NCBI GenBank assembly: GCA_002841515.1
Contig: PGZW01000001.1
Location: 1 to 44,719, forward strand
DNA: 44,719 bases
Origin: Firmicutes bacterium HGW-Firmicutes-19
GTDB lineage: Bacteria > Bacillota_I > Bacilli_A > Erysipelotrichales > Erysipelotrichaceae
Direction: 5' to 3'
The position numbers and the translations under genes are program-made. Numbering within the stretch: position 1 is the stretch's first letter; each line of letters begins with the position of its first letter. Under the pieces are notes generated by a model. It had not been told where the DNA came from. It did no database searches and worked only from the letters and a program-made list of their open reading frames with translations. Below, one piece after another: positions 41,423 through 44,719 of the stretch.

Positions 41423-42636
41423 TCAACATCCTCACCATTTTCATTATCCTCGCCACCTTCGCCTTCGATTTGTGGCTGTCCATCCTCAACTACAACCACC
41501 GCACCCAGCCCATTCCGGAAAACGTCAAAGACATTTATGACACCGAAAGATATTCGCGTTGGCTGAGTTATACCATGGAGAATTTCCGATTGGGTATGAT
41601 TGCCAAAGTACTGTCGACGGTACTGACCGTGCTGTTTCTGCTTTTCGGATTCTTCCCGCTGCTCAACCGATTTTCACTGTCCATTTTCACCGATCCGATT
41701 TGGAGCACCATGATTTTTGTGGGAAGCTATATGATTCTTACCTCACTGATCGACATTCCTTTTTCTTATATCAAAAACTTCAAAATCGAGGAGAAGTACG
41801 GATTTAATAAAACGACCAAGAAAACATTTGTATTGGACATATTGAAGTCTCTGATCATGATGATTGTACTGGGAGGCGGAGTGTTGTATGTTTTACTCTT
41901 TTTGTATCTCAACAGCGAGAACTTCATCCTCTACACCTGGCTGTTTTTAGTGGCCATCATGGTATTTGTCAATATCCTTTACACCAAAGTGTTCATCAAA
42001 ATCTTCAATAAGCTCACCCCCTTACCGGATGGAGAGCTCAAAGAGAAAATCATGGAATTCGCCAGAAAAACCGGAACATCCATTAAAAGCATTTCTGTGA
42101 TGGATGCCTCCCGCAGAACCAAAAAGCTCAATGCCTTTTTCTCCGGTTTTGGCAAATTCAAGTCCATTGTCCTTTTTGACAATCTGATCGAAAAGATGAA
42201 CAACGACGAAATCGTGGCCGTATTGGCCCATGAAATCGGACATGGCAAACATAAAGATACGTTGCGCAATCTATTAATGGGACTGATTCAGATGGGTGTG
42301 ATGCTGTATTTGCTTCAACTCTTTCTGTCCTGGCAAGACTTGTCGGTATCCTTTGGATTTGAATCCGTAAACATCGGTTTCGGACTGATCTTGTTCTCTG
42401 TATTTCTATCCCCCGTAGACATCTTGCTGGATATCCCCCTATCTGCCATCTCACGTTGGGCGGAATACCGGGCGGATGGATATGCCAAGGAGCATGGCTA
42501 TAAAGATGCCATGATCACCGCGCTGAAGCGATTGGCTCAAGAGAACTTCGCCAATCTGACCCCTCACCCGTTGATGGTAAAGATGACGTATTCTCATCCA
42601 CCCATCAGCCAGCGAATCCAAGCTCTCAACAAATAA
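41419..42636 (+). CDS. M48-family (Ste24/HtpX-like) zinc metallopeptidase
   Basis: 405 aa, multi-TM. Catalytic AHEIGHGKH (HExxH) and the downstream E in AEYRADGYA; C-terminal HPPISQRI is typical of the M48 family. Confidence 0.85.
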   Translation: MINILTIFIILATFAFDLWLSILNYNHRTQPIPENVKDIYDTERYSRWLSYTMENFRLGMIAKVLSTVLTVLFLLFGFFPLLNRFSLSIFTDPIWSTMIFVGSYMILTSLIDIPFSYIKNFKIEEKYGFNKTTKKTFVLDILKSLIMMIVLGGGVLYVLLFLYLNSENFILYTWLFLVAIMVFVNILYTKVFIKIFNKLTPLPDGELKEKIMEFARKTGTSIKSISVMDASRRTKKLNAFFSGFGKFKSIVLFDNLIEKMNNDEIVAVLAHEIGHGKHKDTLRNLLMGLIQMGVMLYLLQLFLSWQDLSVSFGFESVNIGFGLILFSVFLSPVDILLDIPLSAISRWAEYRADGYAKEHGYKDAMITALKRLAQENFANLTPHPLMVKMTYSHPPISQRIQALNK

Positions 42637-42661
42637 CCGCCAGTCAAGGCGGTTTTCTTTT
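42635..42661 (+). terminator. Rho-independent terminator
   Basis: AACCGCC-agtcaa-GGCGGTT (7-bp stem) followed by TTCTTTT, overlapping the M48 stop codon. Confidence 0.7.
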
Positions 42662-42724
42662 GTGCAAACATTGACAAATCAAATCGTTCCGTTTAAAGTA
42701 AAAAAAGAACCATAGGGAGGTCTT

Positions 42725-43639
42725 ATGAAACTCGAAATAAAAAACATTCATAAAAGCTTCTCAGGCAAGAAAATCTTGCATGATGTAAGTTTCACTGTTA
42801 CCACCGGCAAAGCCATGGGCTTTTTAGGTCGCAACGGTGCCGGAAAGACCACGACCATCCGCGCCTTGATGGACGTATTTAAAGCGGATGAAGGTCACTT
42901 TCTCATTGATGGAAAACCCTTCGAACCTAGAAAATTCAATATCGGATACTTACCGGAAGAACGCGGCATGTATGCCAAAGAGAAAATAATGAATCAGCTC
43001 GTCTATTTTGCCCAGCTGCGAGGCATAAAAAAGGCCCAGGCAAAAGCATCGGCCGAGTACTGGCTCAAACGATTTGAACTGGACTATGCTAAAAATCACA
43101 AACTCGAAACCTTGTCCAAAGGAAACCAGCAGAAAGTACAAATCGCCCAGTCACTTATCGGTGATCCCGATATTCTGATTTTCGATGAGCCCTTCAGCGG
43201 ACTTGACCCTGTCAATTCCCAGGTACTGAAAGATGTCATCCGCGAGAAGATCGAGGAAGGCAAGCTGGTCATTTTCTCATCCCACCAAATGACCTACGTC
43301 GAGGAGTTTTGTGATGAAATCACGCTGATCGAAAAAGGCCGGATCATTTTATCCGGAAATCTCGATGAAATCAAAAATTCGATGGGCAAATCAAAAATAC
43401 GCTTGAAATCAGCGAATGTTCAAAATGGTGAGCTGAAAGAAAAAATTCAGAATCTTACGAGTTCTCTCGATATAAGCGAAGATAAGAAAAGTCTGATCAT
43501 ACAATTACCCGACAATAACAACTTAAGCAATTTTCTAAATCAGTGCTTAAAAGCAGGGATCGAAATCGAAATGATATCTCCCTATCAGCCCTCACTGACC
43601 GACATCTTCATTCAGAAAGTAGGTGAAGAACATGCATAA
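42725..43639 (+). CDS. ABC-2-type transporter ATP-binding protein (NatA-like)
   Basis: Walker A GRNGAGKTT, signature LSKGNQQKV, Walker B ILIFDEPFSGLD, H-loop SSHQM. GGGAGG SD. Confidence 0.9.
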   Translation: MKLEIKNIHKSFSGKKILHDVSFTVTTGKAMGFLGRNGAGKTTTIRALMDVFKADEGHFLIDGKPFEPRKFNIGYLPEERGMYAKEKIMNQLVYFAQLRGIKKAQAKASAEYWLKRFELDYAKNHKLETLSKGNQQKVQIAQSLIGDPDILIFDEPFSGLDPVNSQVLKDVIREKIEEGKLVIFSSHQMTYVEEFCDEITLIEKGRIILSGNLDEIKNSMGKSKIRLKSANVQNGELKEKIQNLTSSLDISEDKKSLIIQLPDNNNLSNFLNQCLKAGIEIEMISPYQPSLTDIFIQKVGEEHA

Positions 43640-44719
43640 TATTTCTAAAGTGTTCATGTTTGAACTTAAGAGCATTCTGTCCAAGAAAAGCCTGATCATC
43701 ACCACCGCGATCATCAGTGTCATATTAATCGTTGTTACCACGATCCCAACCATCATAAATTTGTTTGACAATGGCGACAACACCCCTGTTCCTACCGATA
43801 AAATCTCAATGATGGGATCGGGTATCGTCATTTTAAACAATGCCGTTACCATGGATGAACTTAATTTGTTTTTTACGGATGTCGAAATCTTCGATTCTGA
43901 AAGCGATGTACGAAAAGCATTAACGAACGAAAAAATCGTTCAGGCGTTTATCATCACTTCACCGACCTCACTAAACACCATCGTCATCAACCGCGATCTT
44001 TATTCCAATGCCTCCTACCCGCTTCAAAATGCATTGCGACAATTACAGATTCGACGCAATTTGGTTGAAATGAATCTAGACCCTATACAAGTAAGCCAGG
44101 CCTACAATGTAAACATTTCAATCAACGAAGAAGTCATCGGCAAGGATGCCAGTGACAGCTTTCTGATTGCTTATGTGCTTATGTTTGCGGTCTATATGCT
44201 TGTCATCATGTACGGAGCCATGGTATCCACCTCCGTCGCCCGGGAAAAAGACAACCGCACGATGGAACTGCTCATCACCTCAACAAAACCCGATGCATTG
44301 ATCATCGGCAAAGTATTTGCAAATGGCTTGGCCGGAGTTATACAGTTTGGCTTTATTTCAATTGTCGCAATTTTGGGAATTGTGATCAACCGAGCCAACT
44401 ATCCTGCGGAAATTCTATCCATGGTTCTGGGCGGCTTGCGCTGGGATTCCATGATGGTCTTTCTGATTTTCACCTTCTTTGGTTATCTATTGTATTTATT
44501 CATCTACGCTTCCTTGGGATCTCTTGTCAGCAAAATGGAAGATGTCTCCTCTTCGGTTGCGCCAATCACGCTGCTGTTTATAGCATCCTATGTCATCGCT
44601 TCTTTAGGACTGCAAATGCCGGAAATCATGATCGTCAAAATTGGCTCTTATATCCCCTTTACCGCAATCCTGGCCATGCCGGTACGTTACTTTCTAACCT
44701 CTGTCAGCTGGGTTGAGTT
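43632..44719 (+). CDS. ABC-2-type transporter permease (NatB-like), 3' end beyond the window
   Basis: Open-ended, so not in the ORF track. ATG 43632 overlaps the ATPase stop by 8 nt. My hand translation of roughly the first 250 codons has no stop (MHNISKVFMFELKSILSKKSLIITTAII...MVSTSVAREKDNRTMELLITS), and the remainder to 44719 is consistent with the track listing no terminated ORF in this frame. The REKDNRTMELL motif is typical of NatB/YhaP-like permeases. Confidence 0.8.
   Translation, partial: MHNISKVFMFELKSILSKKSLIITTAIISVILIVVTTIPTIINLFDNGDNTPVPTDKISMMGSGIVILNNAVTMDELNLFFTDVEIFDSESDVRKALTNEKIVQAFIITSPTSLNTIVINRDLYSNASYPLQNALRQLQIRRNLVEMNLDPIQVSQAYNVNISINEEVIGKDASDSFLIAYVLMFAVYMLVIMYGAMVSTSVAREKDNRTMELLITSTKPDALIIGKVFANGLAGVIQFGFISIVAILGIVINRANYPAEILSMVLGGLRWDSMMVFLIFTFFGYLLYLFIYASLGSLVSKMEDVSSSVAPITLLFIASYVIASLGLQMPEIMIVKIGSYIPFTAILAMPVRYFLTSVSWVE

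Noticed and set aside
1-44719. Search for rRNA, tRNA, tmRNA, CRISPR arrays and known riboswitches in the intergenic regions
   Set aside because: Reading the larger gaps (4031-4580, 7411-7570, 8697-9182, 11581-12031, 12329-12499, 26449-27087, 36055-36344), I saw no cloverleaf-compatible sequence with a TTCGA-type T-loop, no rRNA-like stretches, and no spaced identical repeats. This is by-eye only and should be confirmed with tRNAscan-SE/Infernal.

Overview
The window comes from a low-GC Gram-positive-type chromosome (AGGAGG-like ribosome-binding sites, TGA used as a stop). It has three parts.

(1) 1-7.4 kb, all minus strand. A LacI-regulated ribokinase / BMP-family ABC uptake operon is followed by a DUF3006 / ComEC-like metallo-beta-lactamase / Ig-repeat lipoprotein operon.

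(2) 7.6-26.5 kb. A GC-rich two-gene cassette of unknown function carries a duplicated 62-nt element in its leader (7571-8980). It is followed by a ~17.5-kb AT-rich island (about 9.0-26.5 kb). Every ORF in the island is on the minus strand, and most products carry a nuclease, NTPase/helicase or DNA-binding hallmark:
- a DUF262 + ABC-ATPase/Toprim pair;
- a class I methyltransferase coupled to a PLD-SF2 helicase-DUF3427 protein;
- a tightly coupled five-gene block: ParB-like / PD-(D/E)xK / SNF2 / ParB-like / B12-domain radical SAM;
- a membrane-anchored NT5C-type HAD nucleotidase;
- two tandem DUF2075 ATPases with different nuclease heads (PD-(D/E)xK and GIY-YIG).

(3) 26.6-44.7 kb. Ordinary mixed genes: TM2 protein, XRE regulator, a TetR / GPH symporter / glycosyltransferase-like cluster, multicopper oxidase, CPBP protease, nitroreductase, DUF5050 lipoprotein, HEAT-like membrane proteins, M48 peptidase, ABC-2 exporter.

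I recognised no rRNA, tRNA, CRISPR array, integrase or transposase. The best candidate for an undescribed system is the ParB / nuclease / SNF2 / ParB / radical SAM block at 15595-20998, possibly working with its flanking genes (12500-22180). All functional calls are motif recognition by eye from the translated ORFs; no searches were run.
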